A stretch of DNA of 64,000 nt from an uncultured Alphaproteobacteria bacterium (GCA_964530625.1 CAZHAK010000012.1:8654-72653), one strand, 5' to 3'. Numbered from the stretch's first letter, positions 51,956 through 62,050 are shown. Notes: generated by a model from the letters alone, not told the origin. A program made the numbers and translations.

Positions 51956-54900
51956 CTAAGTCACGAGCTCTTTCAACTCAACGTGGCCAACCAAGACTTC
52001 TACCGGGTGACCCCAATCGCGAATGCGGGGATCTCTGGTCAACAAAACTACTTGTCGCTTCGCGGCAATCTGTTCGATTAACTGCCGCGATATGTTCAGA
52101 TGATGATCATCCAATTGTGATAACACATCATCCCAGAAAATCGGAGCACGCTCCGCCACGGAAGTCGCGGAAAGCAGTCCGGCGATTAAACATAGCGCCA
52201 CAAGTTCCGAGACGCCGCGCGACTGCGATTTCAACGCTCGTCGTTGCCCATCGTCCATCACCATGATCCATTCGCTCCCACTCCACGCCACCGACGCGAA
52301 TTTTTCTCCGATTGCCTCAAACACCACGCCTTGAATTATCGCCAGCACCGACTCGCTCGCCTGATCACGCTGTTCAGCCAATTCCGTGGTCAGCACATAG
52401 CACATTGAGCGCGCCGCTTGCATGCTCTTCTCGATTTCCTCAATTTTCGCTTGCGCAGACGCACGCTCGTTCTGCAGTTGCTGATCGGACGGAAAGTTTT
52501 GAACTTGAGCCTGCAAGCCGGGCAGATCAAGCTTTCCAACCTCGTCAGAAAGTCGGTCGGCAAGCTCCAAAGAAGCGTGAGCTTGTGCCGTTAACTCCCG
52601 CATTTGTTCACGGTACTTGACCAACCCTTCTTCCCGTGAGCCGATGGTCGCAAAGAGCGGGTCCAGTTCCTGAATGCGTGCGGTAACCTGAGCCAATTCC
52701 TCTTCGATCATACTTGTTCGCGCGGACAACTCTTGCGGAGACCGCTCAGCACTGAGTTTCGCTTTAGCTTCGCGCAGTCCGGCCTGAAGTGAGTCGCTCT
52801 CTCGAATCGCGGCCAGAATTTCATTTGCTCCAAGCTTCGAAAATGCGCCGCCCACGGATTCATCCAGCGACTCCATTCCTGAAATCACGTCGCGCAATTG
52901 CTGTCGCACGGCCTCCATATCCGGAGTCTTCGCTAGTTCCGATTCGACGCGACTGATTGAAGTCGTCAATTCCTGACGGCGCTTTTTGCGCTCGTTCAGA
53001 GTTTCTATTTCATTGCGCTCAAGAGTTGCAATCTCTTCGCGTAACCGCTGAGACTCAAGTTCCATCTCCGCGCTGCGTGCATGAGTTTCGTCCTCTCTGT
53101 CAAACGAGGTCAGTGCAGCATTCGCCTTCGTCAGATTGGCCGTCAAAGTCCGATAATCGGTCACCCGTCTGCGAATGTCTTCGCGCTCGAGTTTTCGCAA
53201 TACGGCGGGCACAGGGTCATCCGCCGGAGCGTCAACTATTCTTTCGCACATATTCGCCAGAGTCTGTTTGCGTTCGGTCAACCTGACAAATTCATTCCAA
53301 CGCGCTAGCGCGGACTCACGATCAGAAAACATTGTGAACATCTGCAAATCTCTACGCAATGCTTCCCGTTCCGAAAGCGCCGACTGCTGCAGATGCTGCA
53401 ACGTCTCTATCTTGCGGACATGGTCATCCGCGTCTTCCTCGTAGTTTGGCGAAGTCAACCGGCCGATGGCATACCCGGCTCCTCCTCCAATCACCGCGCC
53501 GAAGAAACCAACGTCCCAGCCCAAAGTTAGACCACTCGGCACACCTGCCACGGCCGCACCCAGCACAGACATAATCACTTTCGTACCGGCTCCAGAGCCT
53601 TTGATCTGCAACTCGACGACTTTGCGGCGCAAGTCGGCCAACTCGGTTTCGCGAGCAGTCACCGCCTCCTGCAGGGCGAAGAGCTTTTCTATCCGCGCCG
53701 GTGTATCCGTTGAAAGTGTGAAAAATTCTGCAAACTCTTTGATCAGTCTCTCGTTAACACGCTCAAGTTCCGCTTGTTGCTTCCCCGTATCGACTTGTTG
53801 CCTGTCGTCAGAGTCGTTCTCGTCTGAGTCAATATACCGCTCGAGCGCCAGCCATTCGTCCGGACCCAGCGCGGCAAGCTCTCCATATTTTTCCGTGCGT
53901 TGCTTTTCCAAACCGTCGCGCTGTCTGAGTAAATCAATCCTCGTGCGTGATAGATCTTTTGAGATACCCTCCAATTCTGCAAGCCTCACATACAACGGTT
54001 GCGTCACCGGCCCCGGCGACTCGCTTGCGGACATCTCTGAAATTTCCTTCTGAAGTCGACTGATGGTCTCTGAGAGCTCGGCAGATTTTCCTTCGTTCGC
54101 TCTTAGCTGCGCCGCAAGAGTATTGCGCGCTTCAGATAACCTCAGATAGTCTTGTGCAAGCTGCTCCGCGTTGTCGCCCAGCTCCCGTGTGATAGAGTGT
54201 ACCGCTTCGAGCCGCTCCTGCAATTGCGCGAATTGACTCCGCGCGGATTCAACGCTGTTCCATGAACTCCGAAGTTCAGCCGCCCAAAGCTCTAAATGAA
54301 CACACCGTTCAGCCAGCTCGATCTTGCTGTCAAGATCTTTCTTCTCCTCGGACGAAACATTCGCCGCCAATTCCGCATCCGTGATCCGCTCTTGCAACTC
54401 GCCGCTCTTCTCTTCCGCGACACGTAGTTTTTCGCGCAGCGCATGGGAGTTCAATAACTGCTGCTCGATCCGCGAGACATCAGCGTGCAAGTTCAGGAGT
54501 CGCGATTGCCCATCACCTTCCGTCAATGATTTAAGTCGGCGTTGCCATACATCAAATTCTCGCTGTAGCGGCACACTAGTCATCTCCGCTGCCCAGTCCA
54601 AAAGTTCTTGCTCAGGTGCCTTCCACTCTCCGTTCAAAACAAAATTCGGCAACGCTTCAGGCATCGTTTCAACCGGCAGGAACAGATCCGTAAACGGGCT
54701 GTATTGTCCCAAACTATCCGCTTGTTCCGAATGTTGCCTTACCTGACCGCTCTCAGTATCCAATGACCACTCGCGCTTGATCGGCCCCAGCTGTCCGACC
54801 ACCGTCACGCGCAGAAGCCCCGCCTTGAACAAACTATGCCGCAAGCTCTCAGTATGGTTGGGCAATGTCGCCGCCATCACTGCCGAACACAAGAGCGTCT

Positions 54901-55057
54901 TTCCGCCGCCGTTTCCCGCAGCAAAAACATTCAGGCCATCGCCTCGTAATTTCCACGTTACCTGCTCAGCCCCAAGCAGGCTCGGCTTGCCGGACAATTG
55001 AACGAACTGGAGAGAGAAAATGGGAGGGTGTCCTGACTGTCGCGGCATTCGGTTCAC
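51956..55057 (-). CDS. Rad50/SbcC/SMC-like coiled-coil ABC-type ATPase with central glycine-zipper hydrophobic hairpin
   Basis: Walker A 'AAGNGGGKT' lies near the N-terminus. About 850 aa of E/L/R/Q-rich coiled-coil-like sequence follow. The C-terminus has 'SRGVSEL' and 'IFWDDVLSQLD'. Residues 487-534 are hydrophobic and Gly-rich. Confidence 0.8.
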   Translation of the reverse strand: MNRMPRQSGHPPIFSLQFVQLSGKPSLLGAEQVTWKLRGDGLNVFAAGNGGGKTLLCSAVMAATLPNHTESLRHSLFKAGLLRVTVVGQLGPIKREWSLDTESGQVRQHSEQADSLGQYSPFTDLFLPVETMPEALPNFVLNGEWKAPEQELLDWAAEMTSVPLQREFDVWQRRLKSLTEGDGQSRLLNLHADVSRIEQQLLNSHALREKLRVAEEKSGELQERITDAELAANVSSEEKKDLDSKIELAERCVHLELWAAELRSSWNSVESARSQFAQLQERLEAVHSITRELGDNAEQLAQDYLRLSEARNTLAAQLRANEGKSAELSETISRLQKEISEMSASESPGPVTQPLYVRLAELEGISKDLSRTRIDLLRQRDGLEKQRTEKYGELAALGPDEWLALERYIDSDENDSDDRQQVDTGKQQAELERVNERLIKEFAEFFTLSTDTPARIEKLFALQEAVTARETELADLRRKVVELQIKGSGAGTKVIMSVLGAAVAGVPSGLTLGWDVGFFGAVIGGGAGYAIGRLTSPNYEEDADDHVRKIETLQHLQQSALSEREALRRDLQMFTMFSDRESALARWNEFVRLTERKQTLANMCERIVDAPADDPVPAVLRKLEREDIRRRVTDYRTLTANLTKANAALTSFDREDETHARSAEMELESQRLREEIATLERNEIETLNERKKRRQELTTSISRVESELAKTPDMEAVRQQLRDVISGMESLDESVGGAFSKLGANEILAAIRESDSLQAGLREAKAKLSAERSPQELSARTSMIEEELAQVTARIQELDPLFATIGSREEGLVKYREQMRELTAQAHASLELADRLSDEVGKLDLPGLQAQVQNFPSDQQLQNERASAQAKIEEIEKSMQAARSMCYVLTTELAEQRDQASESVLAIIQGVVFEAIGEKFASVAWSGSEWIMVMDDGQRRALKSQSRGVSELVALCLIAGLLSATSVAERAPIFWDDVLSQLDDHHLNISRQLIEQIAAKRQVVLLTRDPRIRDWGHPVEVLVGHVELKELVT

Positions 55058-55354
55058 GTATGGGAGTTGCCTTGAGGGTGTGCATAACTGATATTAACTA
55101 TAGCAAGCAATATACATTTGCTCGCCCGTAAAGACAAGTATTCTAAGTATCTTCGAAACAAGTCACGACAGAAGTGTGCAAAACTTGCAAAATACGGCCA
55201 ATTGTTTTTTCACGACTTGAATGGTTCGATTGCCAAGCACCATTCCGCCTGCCTCTCTTCAGCGCAGTATCAAAATCATTCAGAATAGTAGTTAGTCTCA
55301 AGAAAATTTCGTAAAATTAGAGCGGTTCCGGCTAATGAAACCTTATTGACCCAT

Positions 55355-56140
55355 ATGCGACTGGCACTGACTCTGATTCTTGGTATTTTCACATTGGGGG
55401 AGGCCGCAATCGCCGCAGACTTCGTGCGGCTGAAAAGCGGCCGCCTGATAGAGGGCGCGGTCATCCGACAAGATACAATCGCCGTCTATCTCGCCCCGTG
55501 GGATCAGCGCGCCCTCAGGCAGCCAGAGCTTCAAGTTTTCGCCCGCGACGAAGTGGAATCAATCTGGCTCGGCGGCAAACCCGCCAAAGGTGTTAGACGC
55601 AAATACACTCCGCGGCCTGGACTTGTTGAATTAGGCGGCGGATTGGGACTGCAAACATGGGCCTCCACCTTGCATCAGCGCCGACATCTTATCCAGTTTT
55701 CGACGCTGGTAGGAACTTCTATCAGTGACTATCTCGGCATGGAGTTAGTCGGTGAGATGACGGCGCCATTTGGTAAATCCGCCGATCCCGGTTTTGATTC
55801 GCTGCAATTCTCATATCAGCTTGCGCTTCACCTTGTAGGCACGCTGAAAACCAAAAGCCCGTTCACTCCGTTCGCGTATGTAGGCGCAGGAATCGGCCGC
55901 GACGTCTCGACCGCTGGCGTAACCTTGACCAAACACGCGGATGACAGGAATCTGGTGGAAGTCGGCATCGGGGCCAAACTCGGTTTCGGCGGTGTCGGGC
56001 TCCGCACAGAGATTCGCCATGCATACTATGAATGGAACAAGACTATTTACATCGGCTCGTCCAACGGGCGCGACTACTACACGACACGGCAATCCGCGGA
56101 CGCGACCAGCATGCGTGTCTCGCTGTTCACATACTTTTGA
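55355..56140 (+). CDS. outer-membrane beta-barrel protein
   Basis: Signal peptide 'MRLALTLILGIFTLGEAAIA', alternating amphipathic strands, and a C-terminal '...VSLFTYF' aromatic terminus. Confidence 0.75.
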   Translation: MRLALTLILGIFTLGEAAIAADFVRLKSGRLIEGAVIRQDTIAVYLAPWDQRALRQPELQVFARDEVESIWLGGKPAKGVRRKYTPRPGLVELGGGLGLQTWASTLHQRRHLIQFSTLVGTSISDYLGMELVGEMTAPFGKSADPGFDSLQFSYQLALHLVGTLKTKSPFTPFAYVGAGIGRDVSTAGVTLTKHADDRNLVEVGIGAKLGFGGVGLRTEIRHAYYEWNKTIYIGSSNGRDYYTTRQSADATSMRVSLFTYF

Positions 56141-56154
56141 TCTTGGAGATCACC

Positions 56155-59073
56155 ATGCGCCCGCAAAAGATTCTTAGCATCATATACATCGCGCTGATTT
56201 CAACGACCGCGTTCGCCGCTCAGGATTACTCCGTGGAGTTGCTGACGAAGGCTCTCGTAAAGAGCGAACAGCTTGAGTCGGGCACACTTGCCGACTGGAA
56301 GCGCGTGCGTTCAGAAGGCTTTGACGGATACGGAGTATACTGGGGAATTCCCGTCACTCTCGATGCGAAATCTTCCGGACAATCACTTGCAGAGTCCATC
56401 GCCTCAGAGCTTGACCTTGCCGATGAGTATACACTGCTTGCCTCACACGTATCTCCCACTCGCGAGTACGAGATATTCAGAGAACTCCGTAACGGACTAC
56501 CTGTGATTGGCGGCAGACTTGATATTGCCCTGAACAAAGCAGGACAGCTTACACGAGTCACTCACACGAGCTTCTCGAAGTGGAACACAAGCGGCATGCA
56601 TGCTCTGAGTCCGTTTGTCGCGGCAACGTATCTAACAGCGAACCTCGAACCAGCGAATTGGCAAGTGGTCAATGAAGAATCCTTCGCCTGCTGGTACCCG
56701 GATGCCGACGCGAGAAATTTGCGCGCAGCCTACTGGCTGAAAGTTGCAGGATCCCAGCCGCACCAAAGGTATTTTGGAATTGTAGACGCCCAGTCCGGCA
56801 AAATTTTGCTGGAATGGCCGGGCATCGCACACGAGGTGCTTACGTTGAATGTAGACCAGCCCTATTGGCAGCCCTACGATCATAGTCAGGTCTTGGAAGC
56901 GCCTTGCCAGCATCAATCAGTCAGAATAAACGGCTCAACCTTTACGACCAACGCATCCGGCGCTGTATCCGCTGAAGCCGGGTCTCAAGCGAACGTGGAC
57001 GCCTACCTGCAAGGATCATTTGTGGAAGTCGGAGAGCACGAAGAATCAAACGTCCCGTGGCAGAGCGCAACTTACTCCGCGCCCTTCGTCAACAATGAAT
57101 TTTTTTGGGATCAAGATCACACCAGCCGCCCGGCCCTTAATCTCTACTACCACACGATGTTTATTCACGACTGGTACAAGATTCTTGATCCTCCCTATGA
57201 CGCATTGGACTATCCGGTGCCCGCTGTTGCAAACTATGGCAACAGTTACGACAACGCGTTTTGGAACGGCTACGGAACTTACTACGGTTCAGGTATGACC
57301 TACGGGAATTTTGCGATGTACTCCGATGTGATCTACCACGAATACACACACGGAGTGACCGATGGAATCTATCCCGACGGTACGTTGCCCTACACGGGGC
57401 AGTCGGGCGCCATGAATGAAGCGTGGTCGGATTACTTTGCCTGCACGATCAATGGGGATCATTTAATGGGTGAGTGGCTGACGGGAAATGCCACCAGTTA
57501 TTTTCGCAATCTTCTCAGCACGACCATTTATCCACAAAATTGGGTCGGACAAGTGCATGGCGACAGCCCGTTTATCTCCGCGCCGCTGTGGACTATCCGC
57601 AATGAATTAGGCGTCGGCTACGGTGATTCCCTCGCTCACTTCGCTCGCTATGCGCTGGCGGAAACTTTCTTCGACTACTTCTTGGCTGTGCTGGAAACCG
57701 ATGACACGGACGGGAATCTCGCCAATGGCACACCGAATGACTACGTGATTTACGACGCCTTCGGCAGACACGGCATCGGACCGGGCGTAAAGCCCAATTT
57801 GGTCATTCGTAACTTTGTTATTGACGATTCGGACGGCAACGGCAACGGTTTTGCGGAAGCGGGTGAAAATGTGACCATGACGTTTTCCATTGTCAATGAC
57901 GTGACGCTCTTCCCGCCATTTGTCACGAACGCGGTGCTTCATACTGTTACGGACGACAACACAATCTCTCTCGGAGACACGGAGTTTTCGTTAGGCACGA
58001 TTGGCCCGCGCGACTCGATTCAAATCGGGCCGAACGCTGTGACCGTTTCATCAGGCGCTACGGAACATTGGGCGGTAGTTCGTCTTGACGTGACCTCAGA
58101 TCAATTTTCAGAAGAGTTCGAAACCCCGTTGGAATTCGTGATCGGTGTTCCAAAAGTGCACGTCGTCACGCGCGCGCTTGCAACGGATGTTGACCAATAT
58201 GTCACAGGCTCACTGCGTACCATGGACAAGATATTTGTGCACAAGCGTTTAAACTCATCGCAAGGCCTGGATCTGTCCGCACTGCCTGATACAGGCATGG
58301 TTGTTTGGTTGTCCGGCGACGCAACGAACTCCGGTTTGTCTGAGCAAGACATCACCACACTGACCGCTCATGTCGGCGGCGGTGGTCGCCTGGTGCTGTC
58401 CGGGAAAAATATTCTGGGTGGAATCACGGGCAGCGATTTTGCTCGCAATACTCTGGGCGTGGACGCTGTGGGCCGTTCCCGCTTGAGGATGACAACAAGA
58501 ATGAATATGCCCTTTGCCGAAGGCGACGTGTATCTATTGACAGGATCAGGCGGTGCGGCTAATCAAGATAGCATGACGATGCTGGACGTTATGACCAACT
58601 CAACTCCCGTGCTCAGGTTTGGTCCATCAGGTAATGACATTTCCGCTGTCGCCGGACCGATTGGCGGACGAACTCTCGTCTTCGGTTTTGGCATAGAAGG
58701 GATTGTCGACAATTCCCCGATCGGAAATCAATCGCGTGCTGTCTTCCTCTCGCGGCTGCTCGACTGGGCGGGCCACCCGACACCAGCCGATGATCACATA
58801 GCCCCCGTTTGGCGACCCAATGATTTCGCGCTGCAAGCAGCTTATCCGAATCCATTCAACAGCACAGTGCGACTGGATTACAACATCGGCAACGCAAAAA
58901 ACGCGCGTCTAGTCTTTTTCGATGTCTTAGGCAGAGAAGTTCATCGAGACAATTTGCCCGCTCAGTCAAACGTTTATTCGTGGCAGCCGAGCCTTGCCTC
59001 AGGCGTGTACTTCGCCATTCTGCAATCGGATTTTCAAACATCCGCGCCGCAGAAGTTAATGCTGCTTCGTTAA
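56155..59073 (+). CDS. M4 (thermolysin-like) zinc metalloprotease with T9SS C-terminal sorting domain
   Basis: GGAG SD before ATG 56155 and a signal peptide. Has 'HEYTHGVTDG' (57337-57351) plus 'GAMNEAWSD', matching the thermolysin HExxH...NEaxSD pattern. The C-terminus 'YPNPFNSTVRLDY...GVYFAIL' is a Por tail. Confidence 0.88.
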   Translation: MRPQKILSIIYIALISTTAFAAQDYSVELLTKALVKSEQLESGTLADWKRVRSEGFDGYGVYWGIPVTLDAKSSGQSLAESIASELDLADEYTLLASHVSPTREYEIFRELRNGLPVIGGRLDIALNKAGQLTRVTHTSFSKWNTSGMHALSPFVAATYLTANLEPANWQVVNEESFACWYPDADARNLRAAYWLKVAGSQPHQRYFGIVDAQSGKILLEWPGIAHEVLTLNVDQPYWQPYDHSQVLEAPCQHQSVRINGSTFTTNASGAVSAEAGSQANVDAYLQGSFVEVGEHEESNVPWQSATYSAPFVNNEFFWDQDHTSRPALNLYYHTMFIHDWYKILDPPYDALDYPVPAVANYGNSYDNAFWNGYGTYYGSGMTYGNFAMYSDVIYHEYTHGVTDGIYPDGTLPYTGQSGAMNEAWSDYFACTINGDHLMGEWLTGNATSYFRNLLSTTIYPQNWVGQVHGDSPFISAPLWTIRNELGVGYGDSLAHFARYALAETFFDYFLAVLETDDTDGNLANGTPNDYVIYDAFGRHGIGPGVKPNLVIRNFVIDDSDGNGNGFAEAGENVTMTFSIVNDVTLFPPFVTNAVLHTVTDDNTISLGDTEFSLGTIGPRDSIQIGPNAVTVSSGATEHWAVVRLDVTSDQFSEEFETPLEFVIGVPKVHVVTRALATDVDQYVTGSLRTMDKIFVHKRLNSSQGLDLSALPDTGMVVWLSGDATNSGLSEQDITTLTAHVGGGGRLVLSGKNILGGITGSDFARNTLGVDAVGRSRLRMTTRMNMPFAEGDVYLLTGSGGAANQDSMTMLDVMTNSTPVLRFGPSGNDISAVAGPIGGRTLVFGFGIEGIVDNSPIGNQSRAVFLSRLLDWAGHPTPADDHIAPVWRPNDFALQAAYPNPFNSTVRLDYNIGNAKNARLVFFDVLGREVHRDNLPAQSNVYSWQPSLASGVYFAILQSDFQTSAPQKLMLLR

Positions 59074-59093
59074 ACTTACTTTCGATAAACAAG

Positions 59094-59117
59094 AAACGGG
59101 ACGCCAGCGCGTCCCGT
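59094..59117. terminator. rho-independent terminator between convergent genes
   Basis: Hairpin aacgggacgc / gcgtcccgtt with a 4-nt loop. Confidence 0.65.
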
Positions 59118-59135
59118 TGTCATTTCTCTTAGGCT

Positions 59136-59960
59136 CTATTTCTTCTTCTGACATCCCGGACAGTAGTAGGTCGAGCGCTGTGCTTGCACGATCTTTTTAA
59201 TCCTTTTGCCGCATCTCAAACACTCCTCATCTTCGCGATCATAGACACGGAACTCTTTCGCGTACGCGCCGTACTTTCCGTCCGGACTCATAAAGTCGCG
59301 CAAGGTCGAGCCGCCTTTCGTCAAAGCCGTCCGAAGCACCTCAGGCACAGCTTCGCACAATCGCTCACACTGCCGGACGGACAATAGTTTGGCACTCTTG
59401 CGCGGATCAATTCCACTAACCCAACAAACTTCGCTCGCATAAATATTCCCGATCCCCGCCCAGAGCGACTGATCCAACAGTACAACCTTAATCGCTTGCG
59501 TGCGAGTCGTCAACGCAGCTTTTAACTCGGAGCCGGTGATTCTTTCCTCCAATGGCTCCCATCCCAGACGGCGCAGCTCTTTAACACCCGACGCGCTCCT
59601 GTGATACCGAATCGTCCCCAGCGTCCGCACGTCACGAAAATAGAGCGATTCAGTTCTGTCATCCAAAGCGAAACCCGCTCGCAGATGCTCATGCGGAGAC
59701 TCTTCCGTTGCTGCGACATACAACCTGCCCGTCATGCGCAGATGCACCAGAAGCAATCCGCGCTCGAGTGTCAGCAAAATGTATTTACCCCGCCGCGTGA
59801 CGGACACAATATTCTGATCCTTGACGACGCGATTAAGTTCTTGAGCGGTCATCGTGCCAAGCTGACGCGGAATAGTAGCCCACGCTCCCCTTAGGACTCT
59901 GCCCACAACAGCAGGGCGAAGCTCGCGCACGACCGTTTCAACTTCAGGCAGTTCAGGCAT
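59136..59960 (-). CDS. mutM: formamidopyrimidine-DNA glycosylase
   Basis: N-terminus 'MPELPEVETV' and a C-terminal zinc finger 'CLRCG...CPGCQ'. Confidence 0.95.
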   Translation of the reverse strand: MPELPEVETVVRELRPAVVGRVLRGAWATIPRQLGTMTAQELNRVVKDQNIVSVTRRGKYILLTLERGLLLVHLRMTGRLYVAATEESPHEHLRAGFALDDRTESLYFRDVRTLGTIRYHRSASGVKELRRLGWEPLEERITGSELKAALTTRTQAIKVVLLDQSLWAGIGNIYASEVCWVSGIDPRKSAKLLSVRQCERLCEAVPEVLRTALTKGGSTLRDFMSPDGKYGAYAKEFRVYDREDEECLRCGKRIKKIVQAQRSTYYCPGCQKKK

Positions 59961-61173
59961 CAGGATGCTCTTTCAGAAAGTCTCCAACTAAGTAGAATGA
60001 TCCGCAAATCACCGAGCGTGAAGTTTCCGGCAAGGCTAAGATTTCTTCATATGCAGTAGCTCGCTCCACAACTCGCACCCGAAAGCCCAATTCCGCCCCG
60101 ATATTCGCCAACGCATCTGCGGTATATGTCCGCGGCGTCGGCGCGGACGTCACCCACAATTCATCAATGACTCCCGTCAACTGCCGAAGCGACTCGCGTG
60201 CGTCCTTGTCCTTCATCATGGCCACAAGTGCAATTCGCTTTGCAATCTTCGTTTCAAGTCGCAGCGACTCGGCAAGCGCCGCAAACGATGCCGGATTGTG
60301 ACACACGTCAAGCATGACGTTAGGATGACTCACAAGATCTTGTTGACGACCCATAACCTTAAGACCCGAAAGACTGTTCCGCACGTCATCATCCGAAAGT
60401 CCGCTGTCCAAACTCCTAACAGCAGCAACCGCCACGCTCAAATTATGGTTCTGAAATTCACCGGGCATAGGAATCATAAAATCTTCAATCAAAGCAAAGT
60501 CGCGCCCTTCAAGAAATAACTTTGCCTCTTTCCGTGCCACTGCGTGCTCGATCTCAACTGCAGCCTCTTCTGCCTGCCAAACACTGAAGCAATTCATTCC
60601 CTGTTTTATTATTCCGCTCTTGTCTGCCGCGATAGCCCCAAGCGTCTTACCCAGAATATGCGTGTGATCAAAATCAATCCTGGTTAAAATCGCCGTAGTC
60701 TTTATCAAAACGTTCGTTGCGTCAAAACTTCCCCCCAATCCCGTCTCGACGACATGCGCGGTCGTGCCGAGTCGTTGCGCGCACCACAAGTAAAAAGCGA
60801 ATATCGTTTCAAAATAAGTCAGTTTAGTTGCTGCATCGCGCACTGCAGCAATTCCTTCACACCACAATTCGTCCGGCAAATCCCTTCCGTCAAGCTGCAC
60901 TCGCTCTTTTGGCGACACCAAATGCGGACTCGTGAAAGTCAGTGCTGAGTGATTCGTCGTCAAGAGCGCCTGACACATCGCGGCCACCGATCCTTTCCCG
61001 ACGGTTCCGGCGATGTGAAGGCAATGCGAAAGTTCAAGTGGAAGTTTAAGTTGACGGGCGGCTTCAAACACCAGCTCAAGTTTAGGCCGGTCGCGGCTAC
61101 CGCCGAGCGGAAACTCGACTTCATAGTTAATCAATGAGTCGAGGTATACCAGAACCTCTTTGAAACTATTCAC
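59953..61173 (-). CDS. folC: bifunctional folylpolyglutamate synthase/dihydrofolate synthase (Mur ligase family)
   Basis: P-loop 'HIAGTVGKGS' with Mur-ligase middle and C-terminal domains. Overlaps mutM by 8 nt. Confidence 0.9.
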   Translation of the reverse strand: MNSFKEVLVYLDSLINYEVEFPLGGSRDRPKLELVFEAARQLKLPLELSHCLHIAGTVGKGSVAAMCQALLTTNHSALTFTSPHLVSPKERVQLDGRDLPDELWCEGIAAVRDAATKLTYFETIFAFYLWCAQRLGTTAHVVETGLGGSFDATNVLIKTTAILTRIDFDHTHILGKTLGAIAADKSGIIKQGMNCFSVWQAEEAAVEIEHAVARKEAKLFLEGRDFALIEDFMIPMPGEFQNHNLSVAVAAVRSLDSGLSDDDVRNSLSGLKVMGRQQDLVSHPNVMLDVCHNPASFAALAESLRLETKIAKRIALVAMMKDKDARESLRQLTGVIDELWVTSAPTPRTYTADALANIGAELGFRVRVVERATAYEEILALPETSRSVICGSFYLVGDFLKEHPDA

Positions 61174-61599
61174 GAAAGTAAGAGTAGAATGGGCTAAGGG
61201 AAGACGTTATCTATACAAAGATACGCAGATGCCTTCTGACGCGCAAGGTGTGTGAAGAAATACAAACGGACGGAGTAATTCCGCGTTGCGCCGGAGCAAC
61301 CTGCAAGGAATCGTGCAGAATGCACGGAGAGGAGTGAGAGGAGGCTTAAGAGCTCGTGCGTGGTTTTTTTGCCCCAGCCGTTAAGCCGGTTTCCGCAGAC
61401 GAAGTCATCCAGCCCTTTACGCTATGCCATAACATCGTAAAGAAGTTTTTACGATGGGAGCTTGTTGAATTCTCAGAGGTTTTGCCGCATGTGGACCCGT
61501 AAAAGGGCACATGATTTTGGTCCGTCCACTGATCGAATTCGGGTTGCGGTTTCATAATAAATGGGTTGTATAAAAATTCTTTTGGTTGGTCTGCTCCCC

Positions 61600-61628
61600 T
61601 TGCGCCGGGGCAATAGGAGCAGTATATT
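61600..61628 (+). promoter_or_regulatory. promoter candidate for the 92-aa gene
   Basis: TTGCGC-N17-TATATT, about 90 nt upstream of ATG 61717. Confidence 0.3.
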
Positions 61629-61716
61629 TACTACAGTTCGATGAAGAAGCTGCGGCCACGCGGGTGTCCGCTAGATTAGATGATTTTCTTATTATTGATA
61701 CAGCAAGGAGCAGCCG

Positions 61717-61995
61717 ATGTCCACATTTGAAGAAACTATGGAAAACAGCCGGGTCTTTCTGACTTACAGTTTGGCAATGACGATGCTCGGAAAATCCGCG
61801 CAGATTCTGGCCGAGCGCGGCGCAGATGCCAAAGCGATGAGCTTTGTGACCACGGGAATCGAGCTTCTGGCCAAGCAGCTCCGGGACTATGCGGATAGCA
61901 AGGATCTCGATGACGGTGCTGAGAAAGAACTCGACAGCCTGTGCAAGATGCTGGATATCCAGCGGGCCAACGGCGGAGCCGCTCCCTCCGCGTAA
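61717..61995 (+). CDS. small helical hypothetical protein (92 aa)
   Basis: AAGGAG SD 6 nt before the ATG and a terminator hairpin 14 nt after the stop. I prefer it to the antisense 151-aa ORF, which has low-complexity R/G/S-rich content. Confidence 0.65.
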   Translation: MSTFEETMENSRVFLTYSLAMTMLGKSAQILAERGADAKAMSFVTTGIELLAKQLRDYADSKDLDDGAEKELDSLCKMLDIQRANGGAAPSA

Positions 61996-62008
61996 TGGGC
62001 AAACCAAC

Positions 62009-62050
62009 TTGGTGTAAAAGAAGCCGGTGACACTGAATGTGCACCGGCTT
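62009..62050 (+). terminator. rho-independent terminator
   Basis: 11-bp stem agaagccggtg / caccggcttct followed by a T-rich tail. Confidence 0.65.

Noticed and set aside
61346-61555. 69-aa minus-strand ORF, and a 37-codon plus-strand ORF (GTG 61356) preceded by GAGGAGG
   Set aside because: The two are mutually antisense. Neither shows family resemblance, the SD spacing for the plus ORF is long (11 nt), and the minus ORF has no SD. I cannot support either one, so I treat the region as non-coding or uncertain.
61552-62007. 151-aa minus-strand ORF overlapping the 92-aa plus-strand gene
   Set aside because: The plus-strand ORF has AAGGAG at the ideal distance, a downstream terminator and a helical protein-like composition. 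The minus-strand product is R/G/S/A-rich low-complexity sequence without an SD.
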